Positions 14,191-28,000 of a DNA stretch of 64,000 nucleotides are shown one piece after another. The DNA is from Octopus sinensis (Eukaryota). The stretch is from assembly GCF_006345805.1 (NCBI RefSeq), contig NC_042998.1, positions 2,790,001-2,854,000 of the forward strand, in the 5' to 3' direction. The position numbers and the translations under genes are program-made. The notes beneath the pieces were generated by a model. That model had not been told where the DNA came from. It saw nothing but the letters and a program-made list of their open reading frames with translations, and ran no database searches. The stretch's first letter is position 1. The number at the start of each line of letters is the position of its first letter.

Positions 14191-14241
<51 letters not shown>

Positions 14242-14326
14242 TTTATACATACACACAAACACATTCACACAAATATATACATATATATATATATATATGC
14301 TATATGAGTTCGTATATATATATATT

Positions 14327-14382
<56 letters not shown>

Positions 14383-16483
14383 TGTATGAATATATACACA
14401 TATATAAACACACTAACACAGACAAAGGTAGACATTTGATATAGATGTGTGTGTCTGTTATATCTACCATTTCAAGTTGCACCGGAAAACAAGACTATAT
14501 ATCTATCACTTGGTGGTTGACTAGTTTACCGATTACGGCACAGTCAACAGGCAATCTCTTTAGTTTGTTATAATAATTGGTAATGTGATCGCATAACATA
14601 CAATGGATACAAAACAGGTTCTGTTGTTCTTGTTCAGTTTCTAATTGCTGCTTACACAGATTATAATGTTCAATATTGTCTGTTAACAATCTTAGCCTTT
14701 GATTTATGATGTACCGAGGCCAAATGTAAACACATACCCACTAACATATTAAAATTTAAGAAACTGTGTACAAATGTTTGGATAGGTGGATGTATGTGCA
14801 CACACATAAGTCACTAGCATATAACAGGGACTGCTTATTCATCCTGCTTCCCATCTGCATCTCACTCTAGCTCCCCTTCTACCAGCTTCAGTGGGAAATA
14901 AAGGACTCACTTGCTCCAGTCATTGGACTGCAGCCATGCTAAGGCACCACCTTGAACGTTTAGTTGGACAAATTAATCCCAGTATTTACTTGCTTTTTTT
15001 CATAAGCTGAGCACTTATTCTATCAATTTCATTTTGTTGAACCACTAAGTTACAGGGAACATAAACAAACCAACACCTTGTGTTACGCATTGGTGGAGTT
15101 GTAAGCAGTAGTGGAGCGACAAACACAAAGACACACACATATTTGCACCTGTAGTGCAGAAGCTTAACTCTTAACCAGAAGCTTAATTTCTGATGAAGTG
15201 CATTATTTTTGTTTTGATTAATCAAGAGAATAATGAAAAATTTGTCATTAATAAGATGGTGTTTGGAACATAGATTAACACAAAACTCTTTTGGAAGGTT
15301 TTTAATTCAGATTACTTTAAAGCAAATATTTTTGTATCACAGGACCAGGGGCAGTTTCAGGCAAGTTGGTATGAAAAGGGTTCAATAGACACACACAGTG
15401 ATATATACTTCTGACTTGGGGTGGGGGTGGGGTCACTGTGGCCACACCAGCAACGCTTAATAGATATCATAATGTATATACAACTTTCCTATGTTTCCAA
15501 TGAATGCCGTTTCTATGTTTCCTATGAATGCTTCATTATAAATGAGATTTTTTGTAACATTAAAAACTCGTCATAAATTAAATGATTTTTGCAAAAATAT
15601 TTTGATAAATAGATAACCCTGTTTCCATGCATTTGACAACCCAGGCAATGCTACACACACACACACACACACACAAACAAACCTCAAAATTACAGCTTAG
15701 TGTACCTCACACTCATCACCACCTTCATTCCCTCATAAACCTCTTAACAATGTTTATTTCGCTTATGACGTCTTTTGGAGATAGGGTTTCGAGGTTTAAG
15801 AGTTTTAAAAGATTGATACAACCTAACGTTGCAGTCACTGCAGACACAGCTGCAAGAACACACAGAAATGGTACAAACACTGCAAACCATAATACCTACC
15901 ATGCACACAGTTATATATATTTATGCGGGGGTGAGGGAAGTCTCTCTCTCTCTCACACACACACACAAAGGCATCATGCAGAGTGCTATTTTTTCAGCAC
16001 TACTGTTTATCCTCATTTGCCCTATTATCATACCTACTCACAAAATAGTAGTTATAGATATGAATCTGACCACATCTGTCACCTTTCTATTGCAGATGAG
16101 GATTTAAGAGTCATGTGGCACAAGAGTTAACCATATTACACATTACTTGGGTTTCATGAATCAAATTTTTTCAGACATTTCAATGAAATTTGTAGGTCAG
16201 TATGTGAAAATGATGAAAATCTGTGTCTGTCTCCACAAAACTAAACATAAACGACTTTACATTCAGGTGAGAGCTGTGACTACCTTCGATTGGATGAGAA
16301 AGTAATATCCAACGGATTCATTAACAATGAGAGAGCAAGAAAGGAATAAACCAACAATTTTTTTTTTTTTAAACCCTGAAATTATTGTTATCAGAACTCA
16401 CAGAATCCCTGTAGAGTCTATCTTCATGGTAACCACATTTGGTTCACTGAACTGACACAAAAACTTCACAATAACGATACAAG

Positions 16484-16867
16484 AGGCGCAGGAGTGGCTG
16501 TGTGGTAAGTAGCTTGCTAACCAACCACATGGTTCTGGGTTCAGTCCCACTGTGTGTCTTCTGCTATAGCCCCGGGCTGACCAATGCCTTGTGAGTGGCT
16601 TTGGTAGACGGAAACTGAAAGAAGCCTGTCGTATATATGTATATATATGTGTGTGTGTGTATACGTTTGTCCCCCTAGCATCGCTTGACAACCGATGCTG
16701 GTGTGTTTACGTCCCCGTCACCTAGCGGTTTGGCAAAAGAGACCGATAGAATAAGTACTGGGCTTACAAAGAATAAGTCCCGGAGTTGATTTGCTCGACT
16801 AAAGGCGGTGCTCCAGCATGGCCGCAGTCAAATGACTGACACAAGTAAAAGAGTAAAAGAGAGAGTA
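16484..16867 (+). mobile_element. Full-length tRNA-derived CORE-type SINE (octopus OR-like; family name inferred)
   Basis: tRNA-like head (ggagtggctgtgtggt / gggttcagtccc), internal TA/TG tract and tail aagtaaaagagtaaaagag. Sister copies keep the CORE-like gcaccttgggcaagtgtctt, which is partly deleted in this copy. Confidence 0.8.
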
Positions 16868-18003
16868 AGTGCAAACTCCTTAAAAAGGAGGGACATTAAA
16901 TAAATGCGAACCTAGATCTCTCTTTAAAGAACATTTAAAAATCCTACATGAAACTGCAATAAAATTAAAAAAATACAGCAGTTGAATAACAAGCTTGTCC
17001 ATTGGTACTTGAAATGAAAACCTCAAACCATAGAGTAAATTACACTAAAAACTGGTATAAAGTTTATGATATTACACCTCAATGTTTGACTTCTGGTAAG
17101 CAAAGAGCAGGCCAACCCTATCAAGTACCAACTACACAAATGACAGAAACTGCAGCTGGCAACAAAGGATATGCAAAATGAAGAGTGAAGACATTAGCTC
17201 CATTGTTATGAAATGTGAAAGGATATCCTTTACATATTACCTTCCTAGTGACATATGATATGTTAGCCAGAACAATTGGGTATAGGCCGAAGCAAAAAAA
17301 CATACATAATTTTAATTGTTTTGGTCATTGGACCACAGCCATACTGGTAGTGCCACCTTCATGGGTTTTAGTTGAACAAACCACTATAAATACTTACATT
17401 TTTTTTCAAAAGCCTAGTACCTGTTCTATCAGTCTCTTTTGCTGAAGCACTAAGTTATGGGGACGAAAACAAACGAACCTCAGCTGTCAAATTGTGGAAG
17501 TTGGAGTTGTTAAACACAAACTTAACGTTGGACACTCCACAAGACAATATGGTTGGTGAAAATAAACTTTAAAACTATAACCAGAAAGAAGAAATATAGG
17601 CATCCATGCATGCACGCGCACATGCGCGCACGCACACACTCACCAGTAGGGTTGTTTGCATGGTTGCAAGCCACAGAATGGATATAAATGAAGACAAAGA
17701 AAATAAATACAATAGATCAGATTTGAATATGAATTTTTTCATTTTCACACACACACACATACATACACACACACACAAAGAGCTGGAATGAAGACCTATA
17801 TGTGCTATATGTACCCTCCTTCGATTATTTGATTTTTAAAACTGCATGCTTTGACTTGAGCACAATATGACCACCCTTATTTAACTTATTTATTTATACA
17901 TTCATTCATTCATTTACACATGTATACCTGCATACAGTAAATGTAAGTATGTTTGTGCATACACACATATTTATGCACAAACACACACACACATACACAC
18001 ACT

Positions 18004-18345
18004 ATGATCAGTAACTGCTCCAAAATATCCATAAGGTATTACTTTCTAATAAAACATGACACTTTTGCAAAACCTCTTTACAATGCTATTGACAGGAAGG
18101 CTTGCCCTGACATTAGTCTAAAAATCACACCAGAAATGGTATGTGTCCACACCTTTCAATATATAAAGCTTACTGATGGAACATCTCGAGCGCAACAACA
18201 GGTGCACACACAACAGACCTGATATTGTTCTGTGTGACAAGGAAAACGTGCAGTGACATAGAGATTAGCTGCTCTACGGATGTGAATGTCACATCTGAAG
18301 TTCAAGACAGGAGAGGACATCTATAGCAAACTAATACAAAACTTA
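18004..18345 (+). mobile_element. Degenerate fragment of an RLE-clade non-LTR retrotransposon (R4/Dong-like): CCHC knuckle remnant plus restriction-like endonuclease
   Basis: Translates in pieces to ISNCSKISIRYYFLIKHDTFAKPLYNAI...CTHNRPDIVLCDKEN...IEISCSTDVNVTSEVQ. This matches the C..(R/K)H and RPD-x(12-14)-(D/E) endonuclease motifs, with frameshifts. Confidence 0.7.
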
Positions 18346-18989
18346 TATAACCATGTTTGATTTCTATTTTCATAATTATTTTCTTAGGTGCTTGCAGGAC
18401 AGCCTGGAAGTGCAGCTATTTTTCGCTCAAATCCTCCAATCTAATTGACCAGTGGTAGTTTTTTTTTTTTTTGCAAAACATTCCAAAGGTTGCATACAAT
18501 CTGACATGCACAAACCCAGCTACACACACACAATTATGATGGATGCTGGCTCAATAATGAATATAAATATTGCTTATTAACAAGTTGCAAAACAAAGATT
18601 GCTTTTTAACTCATCTGGTGATCAGCAGCCTTTACCACGAGCATCACATAAATGTCTCTTCTCAGTTAAATGCAATGCAGATTGGCATTGCTTACAGGTA
18701 TGTACTTCTTGAGACAACCAAAACAGAAATTACATGATTGGCAGACAAATGCTCTTTCAGGTAGCAATGATTTACCATTAGCTAGATTTGGTTCATGTAT
18801 GCTTGAGTAGTTAACCAGACTAGCTACAGGAAAGTAGGTAAGTTACACTAAATGTTAACTGTTAGACCAGATCAATGAGATCCATGGAGTTTCCCTTCCT
18901 TATACCTCCTTTCAATTTTATGCATTTAATGCAATTCTGTTCAAAACACATGGATGCACCGAGTATATTTTTATCACCATAATGCCCAA

Positions 18990-19386
18990 TCAACTGCTAT
19001 TATTTGCCAATGGGCACGTAACAAACACCATCCGATCGTGGCCGTTTGCCAGCCTCATCTGGCACCTGTGTCGGTGGCACATAAAAACACCATCCGAGCG
19101 TGGCCGTCTGCCAGCCTCGTCTGGCACCTGTGTCGGTGGCACATAAAAAAACACCATCCGAGTGTGGCCGTTTGCCAGCCTCGTCTGGCACCTGTGTCGG
19201 TGGCACATAAAATCACCCACTACACTCTCGGAGTGGTTGGCGTTAGGAAGGGCATCCAGCTGTAGAAACACTGCCAGATCTGACTGGACTGGTGCAGCTT
19301 TCAGGCTCCCCAGACCCCAGTTGAACCGTCCAACCCATGCTAGCATGGAAAGCGGACGTTAAATGATGATGATGATGATGATGATG
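18990..19386 (+). mobile_element. RTE 3' UTR-only copy (or RTE-partner SINE) with three ~62-bp internal tandem units
   Basis: Ends aacccatgctagcatggaaagcggacgttaaatgatgatgat. Related copies lie at ~1540-1746(+), 7788-8135(-), 28120-28330(-), 32043-32400(-), 36290-36950(+, interrupted), 38790-38960(-) and 49500-49680(+). Confidence 0.75.
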
Positions 19387-19747
19387 TTCCTCGTGAATAT
19401 TGCCTCTTTTCAAATCAGATTTAAGACAGTTTCTCTATCTTAACTTTATGCTCAACTAAAATCGCACTCTAGCACCTTAAGAAAAAAAAAAGGCTGAAAT
19501 GCAATCTTTGATATACAGAATAACAGGAAAGTCTTTGGTCATGCTTGACTGGCAAGGCTGGAAAAGGATTAAGCCAGTAGAACAGCTTCAAATTTTATTT
19601 CACATTATAAACAGTACAAATCTATGTATGGATTAAGAGAACTCTGGGTGGAATTGAAATTAATGACCAAGTTCTTCAGCTCAATTTCATTACATATAGG
19701 AAAGCAGAGTAAGTCAAAATTTAAACAATGTCAAATGTATCTTCATA

Positions 19748-19813
19748 CCAACACATGGTGCTTACACAGAGAATTCTCTACCAACATATGGTGCTTATAC
19801 AGAGAATTCTCTA
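19748..19813. repeat. 33-bp tandem duplication
   Basis: ccaacacatggtgcttacacagagaattctcta x2, with 2 mismatches. Confidence 0.85.
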
Positions 19814-20408
19814 TGTAATATCAAATCAATAAGGTTAAATTAGTATAAGATGGACACTAATAATTGAATGCTACTGTTTTGATAGTTCATTTTAATAGCA
19901 GTGTTGCAACTGACTGCTCATTTCTCCACTGGAAAAACTAGGTTAACATCTTAGTTCTCAATTGATGCCAAGAGCACCATTGTTTGTTAAAGCGAAATAA
20001 ATTAGGCTAGATGACAGCCAGTGACCTTAATATAATGCTTACCAGATATAATGTTAATCTCTTCTCAATAACATCATGAACTTACCAATTTAAAGTGGAT
20101 GTAAACTTAAAACCCATTCAGAATGAAGCAATTTAGAGAACCGTACAATCAACAGACACCAGTTATTTTAAGCAAAACAGTACAATTTTCAATGAATACT
20201 TTTGTGAGCAAAATAGCAAAAATTGCAACTAAAATTATCAAACATGTGATTATAACTTCACAAAAACCACAAGAAAATTACAGATATTATATCAATTCTG
20301 AAGAGTTGATCTCCAACTGAGTGAACAACACATGAATGGAATCAGTATAATATAGATATGAACTAATGAAGAACTTTTGAAAGTAAGGTTCACAGTCTTA
20401 CTGAAATC

Positions 20409-20637
20409 TTAACCCTTTCGTTACTGCATTTAGTTTGAGATACTCTGTGTCTCTCTCAATTATTTTAGATATATCAAAGAATTTAGTAAAATAAGTTAGT
20501 TATCATTAAGCTAGTGTTAGGAACATTAATTGTGACTAAGGTTTGATGGAAGATTTTAATACAAAACTTATGAAAACAAGACCTTTGTACTACAGAGCCG
20601 GAGCTGGTTTCAGCCGGGTTGGTAATGAAAGGGTTAA
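20409..20637. mobile_element. piggyBac-type MITE
   Basis: TTAA|ccctttcgttac ... gtaatgaaaggg|TTAA. Confidence 0.8.
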
Positions 20638-22744
20638 ATAAGATAAAAAGCTACCTTAACTACAGTAACTATGGATAACTATTTAATGAAATAACATGTG
20701 AAGAAAACTGATAACTATTTTGACTTATGTTTATGATTTGTTGAAATAAGGGAACAGATAATTACGAAAGTGGTATTAAAGAAAAGGTTATTAACTAGTT
20801 TATAGTGAATTAAGAAGTCATTTGAAAAGCAGGTTAATGTATTCGTTTCAGAAGACATCGATCTGTTGGATAATGAGACAAAAGCTACATCAAAACCCAA
20901 ACTGCTTTATACTACTACTACTGCCATTTATCAGCCTGACCACAAAACAGAAACTGAAAAAGCTATAAATATTCAACTAATGAAACTCTTAGTAAAGGTA
21001 ATTACATACTAATGAAGATATTATTTTAAAAAATTATTATAATTTGAACAGGTGAGTTTTCCAACTTGTCAAAGAAACATATGAATGGCGGGGGAAAATG
21101 TTTTTATCTAGAAAGACCAAGAAGGAACATACCATAATATTATGTAGTACAGTATTTTGGGGACACTATTGAACAGCTCATATTAGTATAGTTTGTAAAG
21201 AATAAAGTACAAATCCTATCAGTCATCCAGGTTGGGAGTTGCACCACTAAAATGCATATGTCTTGGTACGAGTGAAGCAATAATTATTTCAATGAAGACA
21301 AACACAGGATCAAAGGCATGGTTTTACCAAAAAGTTACCAAACTTCAAGGATACCACAGAAAATACACAGAGAATAATAATAAAAACATGACAGTGCAAA
21401 ATGGTTACAATTTACAAATTACTAAAAGTTCGACTGATCAATTCTATGATCATTTTTCAATGCTGACATGGAATGGACAGATTATCACAGTCAAGATCAG
21501 TTCTTTTTCAGACTAACTGACGTCTCAGACAGGAAGAGAACATTCCATTTACATATCTCCATTTTGACTTGTTTTTTTTTAAATTGGATGTATTTTCTAA
21601 CAAAAATCATTTTACAGGGTGCACTGAGTGCATTTAATCGTAGCACCAGCACTAAAGAGGTTGTCTTACCCATAGCAAGACTAAAGAATCCTTTCAAAGT
21701 TACATTGTCTCAGCTTGATTAGTCAACCATTTTAACAAGTGCACTGAGAGCATTTTATTACAGCACCATACTAGTGAGGTCAACTTGGAAACTACAACAC
21801 AACAGAGCAGCCACTAATCTAAGAGCAAGACTAGAAGACCGGTGATGATATAAGCTAAGCTAAGATGGTCCAGCAAATTCATGTATTTGCATGAATGCAA
21901 GATGTGTTTTATAGCTGCAATTATTTTTCCCACCAATCTCTTTCTTATCACACTGTAATGGCAGAGCTGGATCATGTAACAACATAGATCTTGGTTAACG
22001 GCAAAATGCAATGGCTCTTTGTACACTTAATGACCAAGATCATAGAAATAAATCACAAGAGTCACTATACCAAAAGATAAACAAAACAGAATTGTAAACT
22101 TATTACAATTAGCTTATTACTTTTTACCAAATTTATAAACTTACTTCTGCTATTCAGTTGCAAATCTTTGCTTACTCTTTAAAACATACAGACACATATA
22201 CATACATTCTAAAAGAGAGAAAAATTAGTATGATTTACTTAGATGTATCTTTAGTACGATCATTCCAAGATTAAAATAAAATGTTATCCTAATTCTTCGA
22301 ACATGCAAAAAAAAAAAAAAAGGAAATTTTAGGGCTTGAGTTTGCATCTGGCACATCAGAGGTAGTTTTAGCATGTTGCCCCAGTTTAGCACTACCAGCT
22401 GGTCACTGGCTCTTTTTAACAGAATTCACTGCTAAAAGCATTTGGCCAAACCAGCACCTAGGATTTCTTTTTTTTTTTTTTCCCTACAAATGTTCCGGCT
22501 GGGCAATCAACTATATCAATCTTACCAGTTTAAAAAGGCCAGCACAGGATACCATGCTAATCAGCCCATCACTCTTATGAGTCTGGGACGGCCTGTAATG
22601 GCCATCATGGCCATCAGCCTGACCATTCTCAATAGTTTGTGAAGGCTCACAAAAGGGACAACAAATATTGCCCTTTGTCTTTCAACTTATTTTAAAACAA
22701 AAAACATAAACCTTTCAGATATATCATTCATATGTAAGTCTTAC

Positions 22745-22817
22745 TTCAACAAGAAAGAATTCTTAAATGCAAGCGTGTACATGTAAAATTGAGATTCCTG
22801 CATATACATGCACACAT
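22745..22817 (-). CDS. Candidate 73-nt exon (D)VCMYMQESQFYMYTLAFKNSFLL
   Basis: Acceptor cttttcttttctgtctttattctcag| and donor GAA|gtaaga. Only one frame is open (phase 1 in, phase 2 out). Confidence 0.4.
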
Positions 22818-23579
22818 CTGAGAATAAAGACAGAAAAGAAAAGAAGCAAAGGAAATGTGAATGTATTTCCAAACAATTTCAATGTCTTTCTTCTTATCAT
22901 CATCATCAGAATTCCTTCCAAAAGCATTAAACACCAACACTACTACCACAACCACCACCACCACCATCAATTTAACATTACCTTAGAATTCATGCAGCAA
23001 TGCTTGTGCACAGTTTTTAGTACGAAAATCATGACTGAGTACCATGATTTTGGTGCACATTATTAACATTCACTATAAATATACATGCATGTGCATATAG
23101 ACTGAGACGCACAAATACAAAACTATATTAGTCCATTGTTTAAGTACAGAGTATGAAAGGAAACAACTAAATCATTGAAAAGATATTGAAATGATGTGTT
23201 TAGCACAGTGTGGAGAAATCCTATTGATTTAGTTATTGATAAATACTTGAAATCCAAATTCAAATCTGACAAATCTATAAAGAAAAATAGGGTCAGTTGG
23301 GGGCAGAAAAACTGGAGGCATTTTCACAGCTATATATAAATGTCTGTCTGCCAGTGTGTCTGTTAGCACAAGTAAAAGAATATGTATGTATGTGTGTAGG
23401 TAGGTAGGTAGGTGGATAGGTAGGTAGGTAGACAGACAACAGACAGATAGATAGATACAAATATATATATACACAAACACACACACACACACACACACAC
23501 ATACACACACCTGTGAAAGAGGAAAAGAAGTAGATGTGTATGTATATGCGTTTATGCAAATGTTATTCGTTTGTATGTA

Positions 23580-23614
<35 letters not shown>

Positions 23615-24354
23615 ACAAACTGACATAGATGTGTCTATGTGTGCATAAATATATATATATATATATATACACACATGTGTGTGTGTATTTACATAAACAT
23701 GTGTCTATATGCATATATATATATATATACAGACACATGTATGTGTGTATATATATGTGTGTGTGTGTACATATATATATACATACATACACATGTATGT
23801 GTGTGTGTGTATATATATATATAGACATATATATATAGACACATGTGTGTGTATATATATATATATATGAGTGTGTGTGTATGAGTGTGTATCTGTGTAT
23901 ATAAATATAGATAGATATATTAAACACACCCACACCCACATTCAAAGAAAACAGAGACATTTAAAAACACACACGTCATTGTACGTGTGCAAAGCAAAAG
24001 TATATTCATTTTCTGTGGTGGTTTCATATTCCTCTCTCTCTTACGCGAATACTTGCAGGTACAACACACACAAGCGGTACCCTAACACCTGTACAGAAAC
24101 ATACGCACTTGTGTTCACATATGTCACAAACACTTAATAAATTTTCGAATATACACATAGACAAGCATATAGATACATTATCAAAGAATGATAGGTTTGT
24201 GTATACATGTTTAGCAAACACACATATGTATTAATATGCACGCATGTACACACACTCACACACACACAAACACATACATGGACATAAACACACTTGAGTA
24301 TGTGTGAGTACATAGGTATGCAACAATTTACACAAATTTATATTATATAAATTC

Positions 24355-24389
<35 letters not shown>

Positions 24390-24396
24390 CTCTATA

Positions 24397-24565
24397 ACAA
24401 GAATAGTGTTGACAGTGACTTCGAAGTTAGTCTTCATCAGACTGTCCGATGAAGACTAAGCGGGTCAAAACTTCGAAGTCCCAGTCAATGCTATTTTGCA
24501 AAGAATAATAAGTACACTGCAAAAAGTACTGAGTAATCCTGCAGTCGAATGTATAATCATTTTTA
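24397..24565 (+). mobile_element. Penelope-like/retrozyme terminal repeat remnant with an inverted partial copy
   Basis: ~100-bp imperfect inverted repeat in which each arm carries a hammerhead-like motif (see findings). Confidence 0.5.
24440..24486 (+). ncRNA. Degenerate type-I hammerhead ribozyme with palindromic stem III
   Basis: gactg-t / CcGATGA / a-gact-aagcg-ggtc / aAAA / cttcgaag / TC / c-cagtc. Stems I-III pair; the core has U4-to-C and G12-to-A substitutions. Confidence 0.55.
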
Positions 24566-24579
24566 GAACAGAAACATTG

Positions 24580-24613
<34 letters not shown>

Positions 24614-25164
24614 TGTATAAATGATGTATGTGCATAACATGTATAGCAGTATATTATTAGTGTATATTATTAGTAACAAAAGAAAAGTTGAGAAACTACA
24701 CATACCTGTCATATTGTAAAAATTGTCATATTAAAATATCCCTTATGAATACATTGCAATGATATACAGAGCCCTCTATTAAAACATGGTACAAATCCTT
24801 CATTTCATGAATTGAAATTTAAAATAAATGAATAAACAGACTTTTATCTTTCACCACAACAAAATCCTCCTTTCCTTCTTTTCTACCTATTCACATTCTC
24901 TTGTCTTTCACAGCATTCTCCTCTCCCTCTCTCTCTCTCCCTGCCTCATTTTCAATCTTTCTCTCCGGTCTTCCTCTCACTATTCGGCTGTCTCTCTATC
25001 CATCTGTCTGTCTGTCTGTCACCCTCTCTCTCTGTCTTACCTTAAATCTTGCTTTCTCCTCCTCATCTACCTGCTGGCGCACCTACCTGGCTTTTAGTTT
25101 CACCTTCCTTCTTTCTTTTCAATCTCTCCTTTTTTCACACCTACATTCTCCTCTCATCTTTCTT

Positions 25165-25201
<37 letters not shown>

Positions 25202-25388
25202 AGCTTTCCACTTATTAGTTTTTATAATGAGAAACAGTTTCGTTAGTGTTTGTATTAGTGTGAGTGCATGCACGCGCGAACAATACACCCTGTGCACACA
25301 CACACACACACACATATGCACTTGGAAAAGAAAGCCTTAAAGTCGAGACATTATAATGAAAGGCTTTGTAGTAAATATTCCCACTGAT

Positions 25389-25423
<35 letters not shown>

Positions 25424-26074
25424 CATTAGAAAATCAAAGACAACAAAACTCACTGGTGAACTAGAAACTACCTCAATCCAGCAGTAGTAAGTAAAAGCTG
25501 TGACACCTCGCCTCTGCCGTTCGGGTCTTACTGCTTCCCTCTCGGGGGAAGGGGAAATATATATATAGAGAGGGATAGGCAGAATATTTAATAAACAGAA
25601 AAGTGTAGTGCACTTGTGGAAGAGATACTATGTACAAACAATTACAAAAGGAAAAAATAAATGATAAAAATAGACTAAAAATTGATTTTGTGTGTGTGCG
25701 TATGTGTGTGTGTATGTGCATATACATATGAATATATGAGTGCGCATATACATATGTGTGTGTGTGTGTCTGTGTGTAATAAAATGAGGTTACAAAGGAA
25801 TAAACCATTCTCTTCTGAACCTCATTGTCTTACAGCTGTTTCTGCTATAAGATGCAACAAGACTCAATTGAGTTCAAGGCTCTGATGAGGCTAAAAATTG
25901 TTACTCAGGAATACTTATTATATATTGTTTATTCATTTTTTTTTTGTTCTTTTTGTGATCTAGTTATATGTTTTTTAATATATGTCATTTTTTTTCTTTA
26001 TGATTTGGTTTATGTCTACCATTGTTTGAATTACATAATAGTGGTTTTTCTCTAATTTATATATATTATATATA

Positions 26075-26138
<64 letters not shown>

Positions 26139-26139
26139 C

Positions 26140-26830
26140 ATCATCATCATCGTTGTCATTTAATGTCCGCTTTCCGTGCTGGCATGGGTTGGATGGTTTG
26201 ACTGAGGGCTGGCAAGCCAGAAGGCTGTTCCAGACTCCAGTCTGAAGTGGCAAAGTTTCTACGGCTGGATGCCCTTCCTAACGCCAACCACTCTGAGAGT
26301 GTAGTGGTTGCTTTATACAAGCCACCAGCATGAGTGCCAGTCGGGGAGGTACTGGCATCGACTACACTTCAATGGTACTTTTTAGGTGCCACTGGCCTGG
26401 GAAGCAGTCAGGCAGCACTGGCAACAACCACACTCAAATGGTGCTTTCTATGTGCCAACACCACAGGTACCAAACAAGCAGGACTGGCAATGGACACGAC
26501 AATGACTTTGACTCAACAGGTCTTCGCAAGTGCAGTTTATTGCCCAATGATTGAAGGGTACTCTTACATGGGCTGGTTATGCTGCACTGGCATAGGCCAT
26601 GGTTACTGTCTCACCTTGCATGGCCTTTTCAAGCACAGCATATCTCCAAAGGTGTCGGTCATTTGTTAATACCTCCATGAGGCCCAACATTCGAAAGTCG
26701 TGCATCACCACCTCATCCCAGGTTTTCCTGGGTCTACTTCTTCTACAGATACCCTCTACTGCTTGGGTGTGACACTTTTTCACGCAGCTGTCCTCATCCA
26801 TACGAAACACATGACCATACCAGCGCATGG
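26140..26830 (-). mobile_element. 5'-truncated RTE-clade LINE: ORF C-terminus, 3' UTR and (GAT)n tail
   Basis: ORF RWYGHVFRMDEDSCVKKCHT..VEG..RRSRPRKTWDEVV..LWRYAVLEK is a typical RTE end, followed by the shared 3' UTR and microsatellite tail. Confidence 0.85.
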
Positions 26831-27669
26831 ATCAAATGGGTTTCATTGAAGGCAGATGCTTTCCCGCTGCCAGCCCTCATCTGTTTTCATACAAGCTAAT
26901 AGTTCCAAATAGCAGAACATTCTTCCACAGAAGACTGAAAAATTAGCAACGCCACTTCAAACACAGTGGTGCTGGTTTTGCAACCATTACACAATATCAA
27001 ATCAAAGGGATGGACACACACACACACACACACGGTGGGTTTGTTTCAGTTTCTCTCAACAGTGAAAGCCACTTACAAAGCTCTGGCCAATGCTGGGCCA
27101 CAGTAAATGACACAAGCCAATGATGCAGTGAAGAGGAATTGAGCCACAATCCACGCAGTTGGGAAATAAATTTCTCAATCATACATCAATACCTGTGCCT
27201 TCTTAGCCATGCACCCAGTCACACACACCTGAGGGGTTGCTGAAAAGTTCCTGGCTTTAAGGATATTGCAAAAGGCCTGGTTGGAAGCCCAATGTTCCAA
27301 GTCCTTTTACAGGTCTTAGAAAAACTGAAGGACTGCTGCATAAGTGTGTGAACCCAATACAATCATAATCAACTGACCCTCCTGGATTTTCTTTTACCCA
27401 AAGCCAGGAGCTTTTCAGCAGCCCCTTCGTATATATCTACATGTGTGTGCATGTGTGTGTGTGCATATATATTAGTGAATGTCTAAATATATATACACAC
27501 ACACACAAACTCCTATAGACGTGTGCATACATACATATATGCACATCACAGGCACATATTCATATTTCATACATGAACGCATGTATGTATATATTCATAT
27601 ATGTATGCAGGCAGACAGACAGAGCTGTTCAAATAACAAACTTTACAACCAACATCACCAGCCACGCAA

Positions 27670-27705
<36 letters not shown>

Positions 27706-27961
27706 GTAACAACTATGATGTTACATCACACCAAACTTACTCCACCCAACATAGCTTAACTCTCCTGATACTCTCCTTTCCAGTTTATAAACAAAGAGTG
27801 CAGAGAGAAAAGCCAATAATAACCACAACCACAACAACAATAGTAATAAATAAACAAACAAATAAATAAACAAACAAGCAAAAAAAACTGAAACCAATTA
27901 ACACAGGTAGGAATCATATAATTAATTACTGTTGCTTATGAAGTGGGATAGAAGAGATAAG

Positions 27962-28000
<39 letters not shown>

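Noticed and set aside
19011-19215. Regularly spaced repeats resembling a CRISPR array
   Set aside because: Units are contiguous with no unique spacers and lie in a eukaryotic retroelement UTR.
20820-21000. ~60-codon open frame on the plus strand ending at AAG|gtaatt
   Set aside because: No credible acceptor, no recognisable protein and no partner exons.
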